Positions 1-10,443 of a DNA stretch of 64,000 nt are shown one piece after another; position 1 is the first letter of the stretch; every line of letters begins with the position of its first letter. Below the pieces are notes generated by a model. It saw only the letters and a list, made by a program, of their open reading frames with translations. It did no database searches and had not been told where the DNA came from. The stretch comes from Escherichia coli (GTDB lineage: Bacteria > Pseudomonadota > Gammaproteobacteria > Enterobacterales > Enterobacteriaceae). The stretch lies in NCBI RefSeq assembly GCF_011045215.1, contig NZ_CP049201.1; one strand, 5' to 3'. Made by a program: the position numbers and the translations under genes.

Positions 1-2
1 TG

Positions 3-539
3 GTGATGAACGACACCGTACTGGACGGTCGCGATGTCACTAAAACCAACACCACCGACGTAGCGACCTTCAAGTCTGTTAACTACGGTCCTCTGGGTTA
101 CATTCACAACGGTAAGATTGACTACCAACGTACCCCGGCACGTAAGCACACCAGCGACACACCGTTCGATGTCTCTAAGCTGAATGAACTGCCGAAAGTC
201 GGCATTGTTTATAACTACGCTAACGCATCCGATCTTCCGGCTAAAGCACTGGTAGATGCGGGCTATGATGGCATCGTGAGCGCTGGTGTGGGTAACGGCA
301 ACCTGTATAAATCCGTGTTTGACACGCTGGCGACCGCCGCGAAAAACGGTACTGCAGTCGTGCGTTCTTCCCGCGTACCGACGGGCGCTACCACTCAGGA
401 TGCCGAAGTGGATGATGCGAAATACGGCTTCGTCGCCTCTGGCACGCTGAACCCGCAAAAAGCGCGCGTTCTGCTGCAACTGGCTCTGACGCAAACCAAA
501 GATCCGCAGCAGATCCAGCAGATCTTCAATCAGTACTAA
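3..539 (+). CDS. ansB: L-asparaginase II, C-terminal portion (5' end outside window)
   Basis: ORF-track translation matches the periplasmic asparaginase C-terminus (..GTLNPQKARVLLQLALTQTKDPQQIQQIFNQY); runs off the window start. Confidence 0.88.
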   Translation: MMNDTVLDGRDVTKTNTTDVATFKSVNYGPLGYIHNGKIDYQRTPARKHTSDTPFDVSKLNELPKVGIVYNYANASDLPAKALVDAGYDGIVSAGVGNGNLYKSVFDTLATAAKNGTAVVRSSRVPTGATTQDAEVDDAKYGFVASGTLNPQKARVLLQLALTQTKDPQQIQQIFNQY

Positions 540-546
540 TCACCTC

Positions 547-575
547 GCCCCGGTATCGTGCCGGGGCTTATTCAC
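547..575 (+). terminator. Putative rho-independent terminator of ansB
   Basis: GC hairpin gccccgg-tatcgtg-ccggggc followed by T-rich stretch immediately after ansB stop. Confidence 0.5.
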
Positions 576-655
576 TTCAGACTCACGTCCATTGCCAATT
601 GTGATTATGCTAATGATAATCACTGGAGTAAATTATTCCGCGTGAGGGTGTTCCG

Positions 656-1663
656 GTGAAAAAGCAATGGATTGTAGGCACTGCGCTGTTTGTGTTGATG
701 TCTGGTAATGTCTGGGCAGGTGGCGAACCGCCAACTGAAAATATCTTAAAAGATCAATTCAAAAAGCAGTATCACGGCATTCTCAAGCTTGATGCCATCA
801 CCTTAAAAAACCTTGATGCGAAAGGTAATCAGGCCACCTGGTCAGCAGAAGGCGATGTTTCTTCCAGCGATGATCTCTATACCTGGGTCGGTCAGTTGGC
901 AGATTACGAACTGCTGGAACAGACCTGGACGAAAGATAAACCGGTAAAATTCTCGGCGATGTTAACCAGTAAAGGAACGCCCGCGTCTGGCTGGACGGTG
1001 AACTTTTACTCTTTTCAGGCGGCAGCCAGCGATCGTGGTCGGGTGGTCGACGATATCAAAACGAATAATAAATACCTGATCGTGAATAGCGAAGATTTCA
1101 ATTATCGTTTTAGTCAGCTTGAGTCAGCGTTGAATACCCAGAAGAACTCGATTCCTGCGCTGGAGAAGGAAGTGAAAGAGCTTGATAAGAAAATGGCAGC
1201 GGCGCAGAAAGCAGCGGATGCATATTGGGGAAAAGATGCAAACGGCAAGCAAATGACCCGCGAAGACGCCTTTAAAAAAATTCACCAACAGCGTGATGAG
1301 TTTAATAAACAGAACGATAGCGAGGCGTTCGCGGTTAAATATGACAAAGAGGTTTATCAACCGGCGATTGCGGCATGTCATAAACAGAGTGAAGAGTGTT
1401 ATGAAGTGCCGATTCAGCAGAAACGAGATTTCGATATCAACGAACAACGGCGACAGACTTTTCTGCAATCACAAAAACTTAGCCGTAAATTGCAGGATGA
1501 CTGGGTAACGCTCGAAAAAGGGCAATATCCGTTAACGATGAAAGTTTCAGAAATAAACAGTAAAAAAGTCGCGATTTTGATGAAAATTGACGATATCAAC
1601 CAGGCTAATGAACGCTGGAAAAAAGATACCGAACAACTGCGGCGCAATGGGGTGATTAAGTAA
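656..1663 (+). CDS. yggM: Secreted protein of unknown function, YggM-like (GTG start, signal peptide)
   Basis: 335-aa ORF with N-terminal signal peptide (MKKQWIVGTALFVLMSGNVWAG); length and N-terminus match my recollection of YggM; adjacent to ansB. Confidence 0.75.
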   Translation: MKKQWIVGTALFVLMSGNVWAGGEPPTENILKDQFKKQYHGILKLDAITLKNLDAKGNQATWSAEGDVSSSDDLYTWVGQLADYELLEQTWTKDKPVKFSAMLTSKGTPASGWTVNFYSFQAAASDRGRVVDDIKTNNKYLIVNSEDFNYRFSQLESALNTQKNSIPALEKEVKELDKKMAAAQKAADAYWGKDANGKQMTREDAFKKIHQQRDEFNKQNDSEAFAVKYDKEVYQPAIAACHKQSEECYEVPIQQKRDFDINEQRRQTFLQSQKLSRKLQDDWVTLEKGQYPLTMKVSEINSKKVAILMKIDDINQANERWKKDTEQLRRNGVIK

Positions 1664-1678
1664 CTCATGTTAAGTGCC

Positions 1679-1720
1679 TTTGCCGGATAATATAAAAAGT
1701 TATCCGGCAAATTATTTTTC
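1679..1720 (+). terminator. Putative terminator after yggM
   Basis: Hairpin tgccggataa-N10-ttatccggca followed by aattattttt. Confidence 0.5.
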
Positions 1721-3020
1721 ACATTAGCCCTAGTAGCTGTGGAATGAACAAGGATATTTGCGGAATGTAAGTGATCATCATCAACGCTACTAGCAATGCA
1801 GCATAAAATGGCAGCAATGGTTTGATTAAATGTTGAATCTTCACACCCGAGATAGAACAACCAACAAATAACGCACTACCCACCGGCGGTGTTAACAGCC
1901 CAATACAAAGGTTGGCCACCATCATAATACCGAAATGTACAGGGTCCATTCCCAGCTCTTGTGCAATCGGCAAGAAGATCGGTGTAAAGATTAGTACAGC
2001 CGGTGTCATGTCCATAAAGATGCCGACAATTAATAAGACGATATTAATCAGCAGCAATATGATCAGTGGGTTATCAGAAATCCTCATCAATGCGTCGCTG
2101 ATCATATAAGGAATATCAGCATTGGTCATTGCCCAGGACATGCCCACGGAAAAACCGATCAACAGTAATACAATCGAAGTGGTAACAACCGATTCCAGAA
2201 TCAGTTTGGGTAAATCGCGCCATTTCACTTCCCGGTAAATCAGCACCGAGAGAATAAATGTGTAGACAACGGCAATTGCTGACGCTTCAGTTGCGGTAAA
2301 AATGCCGCCCAGAATGCCGCCCATCACAATGAACACCAGAAGCAAACTTGGTAGGGCATCCAGAAACGCTTTACAGGCCTGAGCAAAGGTTGCTCTATCT
2401 GAAAGTGGGTAACCACGGCGTTTAGCAATAATGGCGCAGACAACCATTACCGCGAGCCCCATTAAGATCCCTGGCAAATATCCGGCCATAAATAGCGATG
2501 CTACGGAAACGCCGCCAGCGGTCAGGGAAAACACAATTAACACGTTTGAGGGCGGTATCAGTAATCCAGTAATACAGGATGAGACGTTTACAGCGGTAGA
2601 AAATGCCGGATCATAACCTTCTTTGGTCTGAATGGGATTAAGTGTGCCACCAACGGCAGCAGCTGCCGCAACGGCTGAACCAGAAATGGAACCAAACATC
2701 ATATTCGCCAGGACGTTCACATGACCAAGCGAACCAGGAACGCGGCCAACCATTACCTGGGCGAGGTTAATCAAACGTATCGCAATACCGCCGCTGTTCA
2801 TCAGCGTTCCGGCAAAGATGAAAAAGGGGATTGCCAACAGGGCAAAGTTATCCAGTCCATTAGCCAGTCGTTGCGAAACAGTGATTGCCGCGATATCCCA
2901 GGGAAACATCAAAAGCAATGAAGCTACAGTGGCAATACCGATTGAGAACGAAATGGGCACACCAATAAAGACCAGCACAAAAAAACAGCCAAACAGTGTA
3001 ATCGCGATATAACTATCCAT
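1719..3020 (-). CDS. TRAP transporter large permease subunit (DctM family)
   Basis: 433-aa highly hydrophobic multi-TM protein; tightly coupled to the DctQ-like and DctP-like genes upstream on the same strand; family assignment from sequence character and operon context, no HMM run. Confidence 0.8.
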   Translation of the reverse strand: MDSYIAITLFGCFFVLVFIGVPISFSIGIATVASLLLMFPWDIAAITVSQRLANGLDNFALLAIPFFIFAGTLMNSGGIAIRLINLAQVMVGRVPGSLGHVNVLANMMFGSISGSAVAAAAAVGGTLNPIQTKEGYDPAFSTAVNVSSCITGLLIPPSNVLIVFSLTAGGVSVASLFMAGYLPGILMGLAVMVVCAIIAKRRGYPLSDRATFAQACKAFLDALPSLLLVFIVMGGILGGIFTATEASAIAVVYTFILSVLIYREVKWRDLPKLILESVVTTSIVLLLIGFSVGMSWAMTNADIPYMISDALMRISDNPLIILLLINIVLLIVGIFMDMTPAVLIFTPIFLPIAQELGMDPVHFGIMMVANLCIGLLTPPVGSALFVGCSISGVKIQHLIKPLLPFYAALLVALMMITYIPQISLFIPQLLGLM

Positions 3021-3532
3021 TAACTGGCCTCCTGCTCAGGTTGTTTCAGTTGTTGAATGCTTTGGTTAATAAAACACAAGGCATAAAACATCATCACCAC
3101 TCCACTTAATGGCAGAATGATATATACGTATCCCATCGGTATTTGCATAGCGGCAGATACCTGAGATGTTGCCAGTGTTTTATCAATTAACTTCAGGCCA
3201 CCAGTCACAATGACCGAACCGGCAAAACCTAAAATGAGAACGTTAATGACTATACTAAGAAGTAATTGCTTGCGTTTATTCAAGGCGAGAGCAAATAAAT
3301 CAATAGAGAGATGTCGCTGCGCGCCGACGGTATATGCAGCACCTAATAATCCTACCCAGATCATCAAAAAGCGTGCCAGCTCATCGGTTAATGTACTTGG
3401 CTGGTTAAGTACGTAGCGGCTAAATACTTGCCAGACTACGCATACAACCAGAGCAAGCATGACGGCGACAGAAAACGCGGCAATGACGCGGTCTACCGCA
3501 AGTTTCAGGCGGTTAAATATCATTGTAAGCAT
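3020..3532 (-). CDS. TRAP transporter small permease subunit (DctQ family)
   Basis: 170-aa 4-TM-like protein between SBP and large permease; start/stop overlap with the DctM-like gene. Confidence 0.75.
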   Translation of the reverse strand: MLTMIFNRLKLAVDRVIAAFSVAVMLALVVCVVWQVFSRYVLNQPSTLTDELARFLMIWVGLLGAAYTVGAQRHLSIDLFALALNKRKQLLLSIVINVLILGFAGSVIVTGGLKLIDKTLATSQVSAAMQIPMGYVYIILPLSGVVMMFYALCFINQSIQQLKQPEQEAS

Positions 3533-3567
3533 CTTGGAAAATCAGGGCCAGAGACTGGCCCGGAATA

Positions 3568-4554
3568 TTATTGAGCAGCGTTGTCGAATTTCTCTAACAA
3601 AGCAGCTTGTTTTGGATCTTTTTTGAAGTCGTCAAACAGAGGTTGCACGGCTTTACGGAATGGCGCTTTATCCACTTTTACAATTTCCCCCCCCATAGCT
3701 TTCGCCTGAGCACGTGTGTCAGCGTCAATTTTTTCCCACAATTTTTGTTGATAAGCTTCGGATTTCTTCGCCGCTGTTTCAAGGATTTGTTGCTGTTCCG
3801 GGGTTAATTTATTCCATGTTTTGGTGGAGATAACCAAAAAGTCAGGAATTGAGGCGTGTTCATCTTCAGAAAAGACTTTGGCAATTTCAATATGTCGAGT
3901 CTGCACCCAGGAAGGCACGTTATTTTCTGCGCCATTTACTACACCTTGCTGCATCGCAGTATAAACTTCGCCAAATGAAATTGGAGTGGGTGAACCACCC
4001 ATCAGTTCAATCATTTTGATGGTGGTCGGACTTGGCTGAACACGAATTTTCAGTCCTTTAAGATCTTCTGGCTTTGTAATCGGTTTTTTCGCATAGAAAC
4101 TGCGTGTACCCGCTACATAAGCTGATAAAGCAAAAAAGCCTTTGTCTTTTGTTGAGTCCATAATTTCTTTACCAACTTCACCAAAAACAACTTTGTTGAA
4201 GTGCGCCTGATCTTTAAATAAGAACGGCAAATTATAGATAGCATAAATATTATCAAAAGACTCCAGATCACTGGCGGAACCTTTGGTCATATCCAGTGCG
4301 CCATTTTGCAACAATTCCATAGTTTCTCGCGCATTACCCATCTGGCTGCTGGGATAAATACGGATCACCATATTACCTTTTGACAGCTGTTTTACCTCTT
4401 TCGCCAGCTCTTCAAAACTCTGATGTACAACATGACTTCTTTCCAGGTTGTGTGCTAACTTTAACGTCACTTTTTCTGCGGCGTTTACGCCAGTGCTAAC
4501 CAGAGCCAGCAAGGATGCGCAGACTAATGAGCGGGTAAATGACCTCATCTTCAT
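3568..4554 (-). CDS. TRAP transporter substrate-binding protein (DctP family), secreted
   Basis: 328-aa protein with signal peptide (MKMRSFTRSLVCASLLALVSTGVNAAE); first gene of P-Q-M operon. Confidence 0.8.
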   Translation of the reverse strand: MKMRSFTRSLVCASLLALVSTGVNAAEKVTLKLAHNLERSHVVHQSFEELAKEVKQLSKGNMVIRIYPSSQMGNARETMELLQNGALDMTKGSASDLESFDNIYAIYNLPFLFKDQAHFNKVVFGEVGKEIMDSTKDKGFFALSAYVAGTRSFYAKKPITKPEDLKGLKIRVQPSPTTIKMIELMGGSPTPISFGEVYTAMQQGVVNGAENNVPSWVQTRHIEIAKVFSEDEHASIPDFLVISTKTWNKLTPEQQQILETAAKKSEAYQQKLWEKIDADTRAQAKAMGGEIVKVDKAPFRKAVQPLFDDFKKDPKQAALLEKFDNAAQ

Positions 4555-4840
4555 AAAAAAACTCCCTGTTGAAGGATGGAAATTGGTTGATATCTAATTG
4601 TGCTTATCAGTGCTTTGTGCGACAAATTGGTTAACCTGTCTGACAACTTGTCTATGTTTATCACAACTTGAAATAAAGTCAGGAATTAAATATTAATTTT
4701 GTGCGCCAGGTTGTACATATTTATAATCAATGAATGATTAGTAAATATTCACTAAATATATATAATAAATGTCGTCGATATTTATTCAGTAAGAAATATA
4801 TTTCTGCCGAGGTTAATTAACGGGGGGGATAAAAGAAGTG
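4555..4840 (-). promoter_or_regulatory. AT-rich upstream region of the TRAP operon (promoter and possible regulator/H-NS sites)
   Basis: ~290 bp strongly AT-rich non-coding DNA directly upstream of the DctP-like gene; no ORF of convincing size. Confidence 0.4.
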
Positions 4841-4866
4841 ATTAATGCGCCCGCAGGCGCATTAAT
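4841..4866 (-). terminator. Perfect 11-bp inverted repeat at hemW 3' end (probable hemW terminator)
   Basis: attaatgcgcc-cgca-ggcgcattaat, 2 nt downstream of hemW stop; RC strand continues cacttctttt. Confidence 0.45.
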
Positions 4867-4868
4867 GA

Positions 4869-6005
4869 TTACTCAGCGAGGAATAATTCAAGAAGTGAGT
4901 TTAAGAATAATTTACCATGTTCCGTTATCTGCCAGTAATCCGCACATTCGGTGAGATAACCCTGAGCGATAGCTTCGTCTAACTGTGGGCGAATCACTGC
5001 TTCAGAAAGGCCAGTATACTGACTAAACTCCACGCGCGGCGCAGGTTCCAGCAACCGGAAGCGATTCATAAAGAACTCAAACGGCTTATCTGCGGCTTCT
5101 ACATCACGCTGGCTTTCCAGATACCTTCCTTGCATAAAACCACGCGGATGGCGCGTTTTGGTGGTACGCAGAATGCGCCCATCCGGGAAGGTCACTTTGC
5201 CGTGTGCGCCGCAGCCAATACCGATGTAGTCACCAAAGCGCCAGTAGTTGAGATTGTGCTGGCACTGATAACCGGGTTTGGCGTAAGCGGAGGTTTCATA
5301 TTGCTGATAACCCGCTGCGGTTAATAACTGATGCCCCTGTTCGAATATATCCCACAACGCGTCATCGTCCGGCAGTACAGGAGGGCGCGAGCCAAACAGC
5401 GTATTAGGTTCGATGGTCAGTTGATACCAGGAAAGATGCGGCGGATTCAGTTCAATGGCCTGGCGTAGATCGCCAAGTGCCTCTTCCAGTGATTGATCCG
5501 GCAACCCATGCATCAAATCAAGGTTAAAGCTACGTAACCCTAAACCGCTCGCCAGCTTTGCCGCTCGTTTCGCTTCTTGCGGGCCATGAATACGCCCAAG
5601 TCGTTTCAGCTTTTCTTCGCTAAAACTCTGCACACCAATAGAGATGCGGTTCACACCAGCACGCTGATAATCGACAAAGCGATCGGCTTCTACCGTTCCA
5701 GGGTTCGCTTCCATAGTAATTTCTGCATCCGCTGCCAGCGGCAAACGCGCACGCACGCCGTCCAGCAGCGTTTGCATCGCCGGGCCGGAAAGCAGGCTCG
5801 GCGTACCACCGCCAATAAAGATTGTCTTTACTTCACGGCCCTGAGCGTAAGCCACATCGTTGTCCAGATCGTTAAGCAGATGCTGAACATAATCGTCGTG
5901 CGGCACTTCTCCTTTCAACGCGTGAGAGTTGAAATCGCAGTACGGGCATTTCTGCACGCACCACGGGATGTGAATGTAGAGACTCAGCGGCGGTAATTTA
6001 ACCAT
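4869..6005 (-). CDS. hemW: Radical SAM heme chaperone HemW (YggW)
   Basis: 378 aa; CxxxCxxC radical-SAM motif ([12 protein letters not shown]); conserved position next to rdgB. Confidence 0.9.
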   Translation of the reverse strand: MVKLPPLSLYIHIPWCVQKCPYCDFNSHALKGEVPHDDYVQHLLNDLDNDVAYAQGREVKTIFIGGGTPSLLSGPAMQTLLDGVRARLPLAADAEITMEANPGTVEADRFVDYQRAGVNRISIGVQSFSEEKLKRLGRIHGPQEAKRAAKLASGLGLRSFNLDLMHGLPDQSLEEALGDLRQAIELNPPHLSWYQLTIEPNTLFGSRPPVLPDDDALWDIFEQGHQLLTAAGYQQYETSAYAKPGYQCQHNLNYWRFGDYIGIGCGAHGKVTFPDGRILRTTKTRHPRGFMQGRYLESQRDVEAADKPFEFFMNRFRLLEPAPRVEFSQYTGLSEAVIRPQLDEAIAQGYLTECADYWQITEHGKLFLNSLLELFLAE

Positions 6006-6591
6006 TACGTAAAGCGTCCAGCAGCAGTTTCAATGCCTGACCACGGTGGGAAATGGCGCTCTTTTCTTCGCGGGTCAGTTCGGCAGCGGTTTTCCCTTCG
6101 GAAGGTACGAAGAAGATTGGATCATAACCAAAGCCACCAGTGCCCGCCGGTTCACGAGTAATCACGCCCGGCCAGCTGCCGTGGCACACCAGCGGGGTCG
6201 GATCTTCCGCGTGACGCAGATACACCAGCACGCAGTGGAAACGCGCCTGACGTTGGTCGTCCGGTACGTCTTTCAGTGTTTCCAGCAGTTTTTGCAGATT
6301 CTTTTGATCGGTCGCGTCTTCACCGGAATAACGTGCGGAGTAAATACCCGGCGCGCCGCCAAGCACATCTACCGCCAGACCAGAGTCGTCAGCAATTGCA
6401 GGTAAACCGGTCACTTTTGCCGCATGGCGCGCTTTCAGAATCGCGTTTTCAATAAAGGTCAGGCCGGTTTCTTCAGCGGAATCTACGCCGAGATCTGTTT
6501 GGGCCACGATATCAAGACCGAAGTCGCTAAGCAGCGACGCCAGCTCACGCACTTTACCGGCATTGCCGGTTGCGAGGACAACTTTTTGCAT
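5998..6591 (-). CDS. rdgB: dITP/XTP pyrophosphatase (Ham1 family)
   Basis: 197 aa, [16 protein letters not shown].. Ham1-type N-terminus; overlaps hemW start by 8 nt. Confidence 0.9.
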   Translation of the reverse strand: MQKVVLATGNAGKVRELASLLSDFGLDIVAQTDLGVDSAEETGLTFIENAILKARHAAKVTGLPAIADDSGLAVDVLGGAPGIYSARYSGEDATDQKNLQKLLETLKDVPDDQRQARFHCVLVYLRHAEDPTPLVCHGSWPGVITREPAGTGGFGYDPIFFVPSEGKTAAELTREEKSAISHRGQALKLLLDALRNG

Positions 6592-6598
6592 AGGATAC

Positions 6599-6889
6599 CT
6601 AATTAATTAACGCCGCGATTTCTGGCGGGATTTGTTGCGGATTAATGATTTTAATTTGTTTGTGGCGGCCAAGTTCGCCTTTTTCAATCACCACCTGGCT
6701 TTTGGCAACCCGGAATTGCTTACCGAGAAACTTCACCAGATGGCTGTTGGCCTGGCCGTCAACCGGCGGCGCGGTTATGGCGACTTTTACCTCGTCGCCA
6801 TGTAAACCGACAATAGAATCACGGCTGGCTTTCGGCTGAATATAAAGCCGTAAAACCAGACCGTCATCGTTAACTGTTACGGCACTCAT
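6599..6889 (-). CDS. yggU: DUF167 family protein YggU
   Basis: ORF track gives 100 aa from an upstream ATG; I prefer the internal start [10 protein letters not shown] (96 aa) that overlaps the yggT stop. Confidence 0.75.
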
Positions 6890-7452
6890 AACGCCATCCA
6901 CAGCCCCGGCAGCAGCATGTTTCCGGTTGCCTGTAATACTTCTGCGACACCCATATTGATGACATACAGCAGCAGAACGAGGATCATCGGCGAGAAATCA
7001 ATCCCACCCATTGCTGGTAGCAAGCGGCGAATCGGGCGCAGCAGCGGATCGGCCAGCTGAATCAGCACGTATTCAATCGGGCTACGGCCCTGGCTTACCC
7101 AGCTCATAATCGCCATCACCAGCAGGACCCAGAAAATCAGCAGGCCGATGGTTTTCAGCAGAATCAGTAAACCGGCAATCCAGATGATTGGCAGGAAGGT
7201 CACCACTTTAAACAGCACGATGGCTTTGATAAAACTGAGAATATAGGCAACCAGCAGCGAGGCGCTGTCAATGGGTCCCATTGCCGGAATAACGCGGCGC
7301 AGTGGCCCGATAATTGGCTGTGTTACCTTCACTACAAACTGTGAGAAGGGGTTGTAAAAATCACAATGAGCCCACTGCATCCAGATGCGTAATAACAGCA
7401 CCATGGTATACAGCTCAATGACCGTTGAAAGCAGGAAAGTCAACGTATTCAT
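6886..7452 (-). CDS. yggT: YggT family inner membrane protein
   Basis: 188 aa, hydrophobic; conserved yggS-yggT-yggU order. Confidence 0.85.
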
Positions 7453-7469
7453 GGCGTTCCTTTAATTCC

Positions 7470-8174
7470 TTATTTTTTAGAGTAATCACGCGCACCAAAA
7501 ATTGCAGTGCCGATACGAACCATCGTGCTACCTGCCGCAATGGCGGCTTCCATATCGTCCGACATTCCCAGAGAGAGCGTGTCGATATGCGGGTAGCGCG
7601 TTTTCAGTCCGGCAAATGCTACAGCCATTTGACGTGCAACTTCAAACTGCCTTACATATTCTGACTCAGGCGCAGGGATTGCCATCAGCCCGCGCAGACG
7701 TAAACGCGGTAGTTCAGCGACCGCAGCTGCCAGCTCGTCCAGTTCTGCCAGTTGAATCCCGGACTTACTGTTTTCATCACTAATATTAATTTGAATCAGT
7801 ACGTTAAGAGGGGGAAGTTCTGCCGGGCGCTGATCGTTGAGGCGGGTAGCAATGCGCAAACGGTCGATGGTATGACACCAGTCGAAATGCTCTGCCACCA
7901 GGCGGCTTTTATTAGACTGCAACGGGCCAATAAAATGCCATTCTAATCCTGTTACGCCCAGTTCCTGAAAGTGGCGAATTTTATCTACCCCTTCCTGAAC
8001 GTAGTTTTCACCAAATTGACGCTGCCCGGCATCAATGGCTTCTGCGATGGCGCTCGCAGGTTTTGTTTTACTGACTGCAAGCAGCGTAATTTCTTCTGGA
8101 GAACGGCCGCAACGCGTTGCAGCCGCTGAGATTTTGTCCCGGACCTGTGCCAGGTTATGCGCAATATCGTTCAT
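7470..8174 (-). CDS. yggS: PLP-binding homeostasis protein (COG0325)
   Basis: 234 aa; conserved K in LLAVSKTKP; matches YggS. Confidence 0.9.
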   Translation of the reverse strand: MNDIAHNLAQVRDKISAAATRCGRSPEEITLLAVSKTKPASAIAEAIDAGQRQFGENYVQEGVDKIRHFQELGVTGLEWHFIGPLQSNKSRLVAEHFDWCHTIDRLRIATRLNDQRPAELPPLNVLIQINISDENSKSGIQLAELDELAAAVAELPRLRLRGLMAIPAPESEYVRQFEVARQMAVAFAGLKTRYPHIDTLSLGMSDDMEAAIAAGSTMVRIGTAIFGARDYSKK

Positions 8175-8191
8175 TTTCCGAGGATCTTAGT

Positions 8192-9172
8192 ATGAATATG
8201 GAAGAAATTGTGGCCCTTAGTGTAAAGCATAACGTCTCGGATCTACACCTGTGCAGCGCCTGGCCCGCACGATGGCGCATTCGCGGCAGAATGGAAGCTG
8301 CGCCGTTTGATGCGCCGGACGTCGAAGAGCTACTGCGGGAGTGGCTGGATGACGATCAGCGGGCAATATTGCTGGAAAATGGCCAGCTGGATTTTGCCGT
8401 GTCGCTGACGGAAAACCAGCGATTGCGTGGCAGCGCATTCGCGCAACGGCATGGCATTTCGCTGGCGTTACGGCTGTTACCTTCGCACTGCCCGCAGCTC
8501 GAACAGCTTGGCGCACCAACGGTATTGCCGGAATTACTCAAGAGCGAGAATGGCCTGATTCTGGTGACGGGGGCTACGGGGAGTGGAAAATCTACCACGC
8601 TGGCGGCGATGGTTGGTTATCTCAATCAACATGCTGATGCGCATATTCTGACGCTGGAAGATCCTGTGGAATATCTCTATGCCAGCCAGCGATGTTTGAT
8701 CCAGCAGCGGGAAATCGGTTTGCATTGTATGACGTTCGCATCGGGATTGCGGGCCGCATTGCGGGAAGATCCTGATGTGATTTTGCTCGGAGAGCTGCGT
8801 GACAGCGAGACAATCCGTCTGGCGCTGACGGCGGCAGAAACCGGGCATCTGGTGCTGGCAACCTTACATACACGTGGTGCCGCGCAGGCAGTTGAGCGAC
8901 TTGTGGATTCATTTCCGGCGCAGGAAAAAGACCCCGTGCGTAATCAACTGGCAGGTAGTTTACGGGCAGTGCTGTCACAAAAGCTGGAAGTGGATAAACA
9001 GGAAGGACGCGTGGCGCTATTTGAATTGCTGATTAACACACCCGCGGTGGGGAATTTGATTCGCGAAGGGAAAACCCACCAGTTACCGCATGTTATTCAA
9101 ACCGGGCAGCAGGTGGGGATGATAACGTTTCAGCAGAGTTATCAGCAGCGGGTGGGGGAAGGGCGTTTGTGA
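8192..9172 (+). CDS. yggR: PilT-like type IV pilus retraction ATPase homologue
   Basis: Walker A GATGSGKST; start chosen at MNMEEIVALS (326 aa) rather than the longer ORF-track start. Confidence 0.85.
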   Translation: MNMEEIVALSVKHNVSDLHLCSAWPARWRIRGRMEAAPFDAPDVEELLREWLDDDQRAILLENGQLDFAVSLTENQRLRGSAFAQRHGISLALRLLPSHCPQLEQLGAPTVLPELLKSENGLILVTGATGSGKSTTLAAMVGYLNQHADAHILTLEDPVEYLYASQRCLIQQREIGLHCMTFASGLRAALREDPDVILLGELRDSETIRLALTAAETGHLVLATLHTRGAAQAVERLVDSFPAQEKDPVRNQLAGSLRAVLSQKLEVDKQEGRVALFELLINTPAVGNLIREGKTHQLPHVIQTGQQVGMITFQQSYQQRVGEGRL

Positions 9173-9189
9173 CGTTGCCATGCCCGATG

Positions 9190-9315
9190 TGCAAGCTTAT
9201 CGGGCCTACAAAGGCAATAAACGTCTGATGCGACGCTTGCGCGTCTTATCAGACCTACAACCGCTGCCACATGTAGGCTGGATAAGGCGTTCATGCCGCA
9301 TCCGGCAATAAGACG
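9190..9315. repeat. REP/BIME palindromic elements
   Basis: gcctgatgcgacgc / gtaggctggataaggcgttcatgccgcatccggca REP-type palindromes between convergent yggR and ruvX. Confidence 0.6.
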
Positions 9316-9355
9316 CGATGATATTATTTACACTCCGCCAGGCTTTTAAATCGCC

Positions 9356-9772
9356 TTAATATCCCTGCTCGAAATAGCTTTCGAGAATAATAACCGCAGA
9401 GGCAGAGTCGACTTTGCCTTTGTTAAGCGCCCGATAGCCGCCCTGTTCAAACAGACCGGAACGGGCTTCCACGGTGCTAAGACGCTCGTCATGGAGCTTT
9501 ACTTCAACACCGAAACGACCATGAATACGGTTGGCAAATTTACGCGCTCTGGCGGTTAACGGCTGTTCGGTACCGTCCATATTCAGCGGCAAACCAACGA
9601 TGATTTCGTCCGGCTGCCACTCTTTCAGTAAACGTTCGATGAGATTCCAGTCCGGCGTACCGTCCTGTGCTTTAATTGCAGGCAATGGGCGAGCGGTGCC
9701 GGTAATGCGTTGGCCGACCGCTACGCCAATGCTTTTGGTACCGAAGTCGAAGGCGAGTAAGGTTCCACTCAT
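9356..9772 (-). CDS. ruvX: Holliday junction resolvase-like / pre-16S rRNA nuclease (YqgF)
   Basis: Internal start [20 protein letters not shown] (138 aa); the ORF track extends upstream into yqgE. Confidence 0.9.
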
Positions 9773-10335
9773 CAGGCGTGTCCTGCCACACCAGGCATGG
9801 TGAGAATATCCACACCAATCAGTTTTGCCGCCTCGCGCCAGCGGTCGGCAATTGGCGTTTTGAACAGAATATTCAGATCTGCCGGGGCGGTTAGCCACGC
9901 GTTATCGAGAATTTCTTGTTCCAGTTGACCTTTCTCCCAGGAGGCATAACCCAGAGCCACCAATACGTCAGACGGTTGTTTATCGGTGCCGAGCGTTTCC
10001 AGCACATCGCGGGAAGTGGTCATTACCGTGTTGTCTGAAATGCGAATGCTGGAAGCAAAATTAGAGGGCGGAGTATGCAAAATAAACCCGCGATCTTCAG
10101 CCAGTGGGCCGCCGAGCATAACCGGTTTATCCAGACGGATTGATTCATCACGCGGCTCCGGCGTGATCTTCAGCTTTTCCAGAATCCCTTCAATTTTGAG
10201 ATTTTCCAGCGGCTTGTTGACGATGATCCCCATTGCACCATTGGTATTATGTTCGCAAATGTAGACCACGGAACGACGGAAAATCGGATCCTGGAGAGCA
10301 GGCATGGCAATAAGAAAGTGATGCTGTAAATTCAT
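9772..10335 (-). CDS. yqgE: UPF0301 family protein YqgE
   Basis: Start at [13 protein letters not shown] (187 aa); stop overlaps ruvX start. Confidence 0.85.
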
Positions 10336-10443
10336 TGTCAGAGGTTCTGTTTCCTGGTTCAAAAAAGCAACAGCGCCCAGTATGCGTGGAAAGAAGGGCG
10401 CTGTCACTCAGAGTCTCAACGAGATCCTTCTCGCTAAGGTGGG

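Noticed and set aside
8217-8978. Several 80-118-aa minus-strand ORFs inside yggR, and similar short ORFs inside yggM (1124..1860) and argP (47274..47651)
   Set aside because: Nested within better-supported genes on the opposite or an alternative frame; Arg/Pro/Ala-rich translations without start-site signals.
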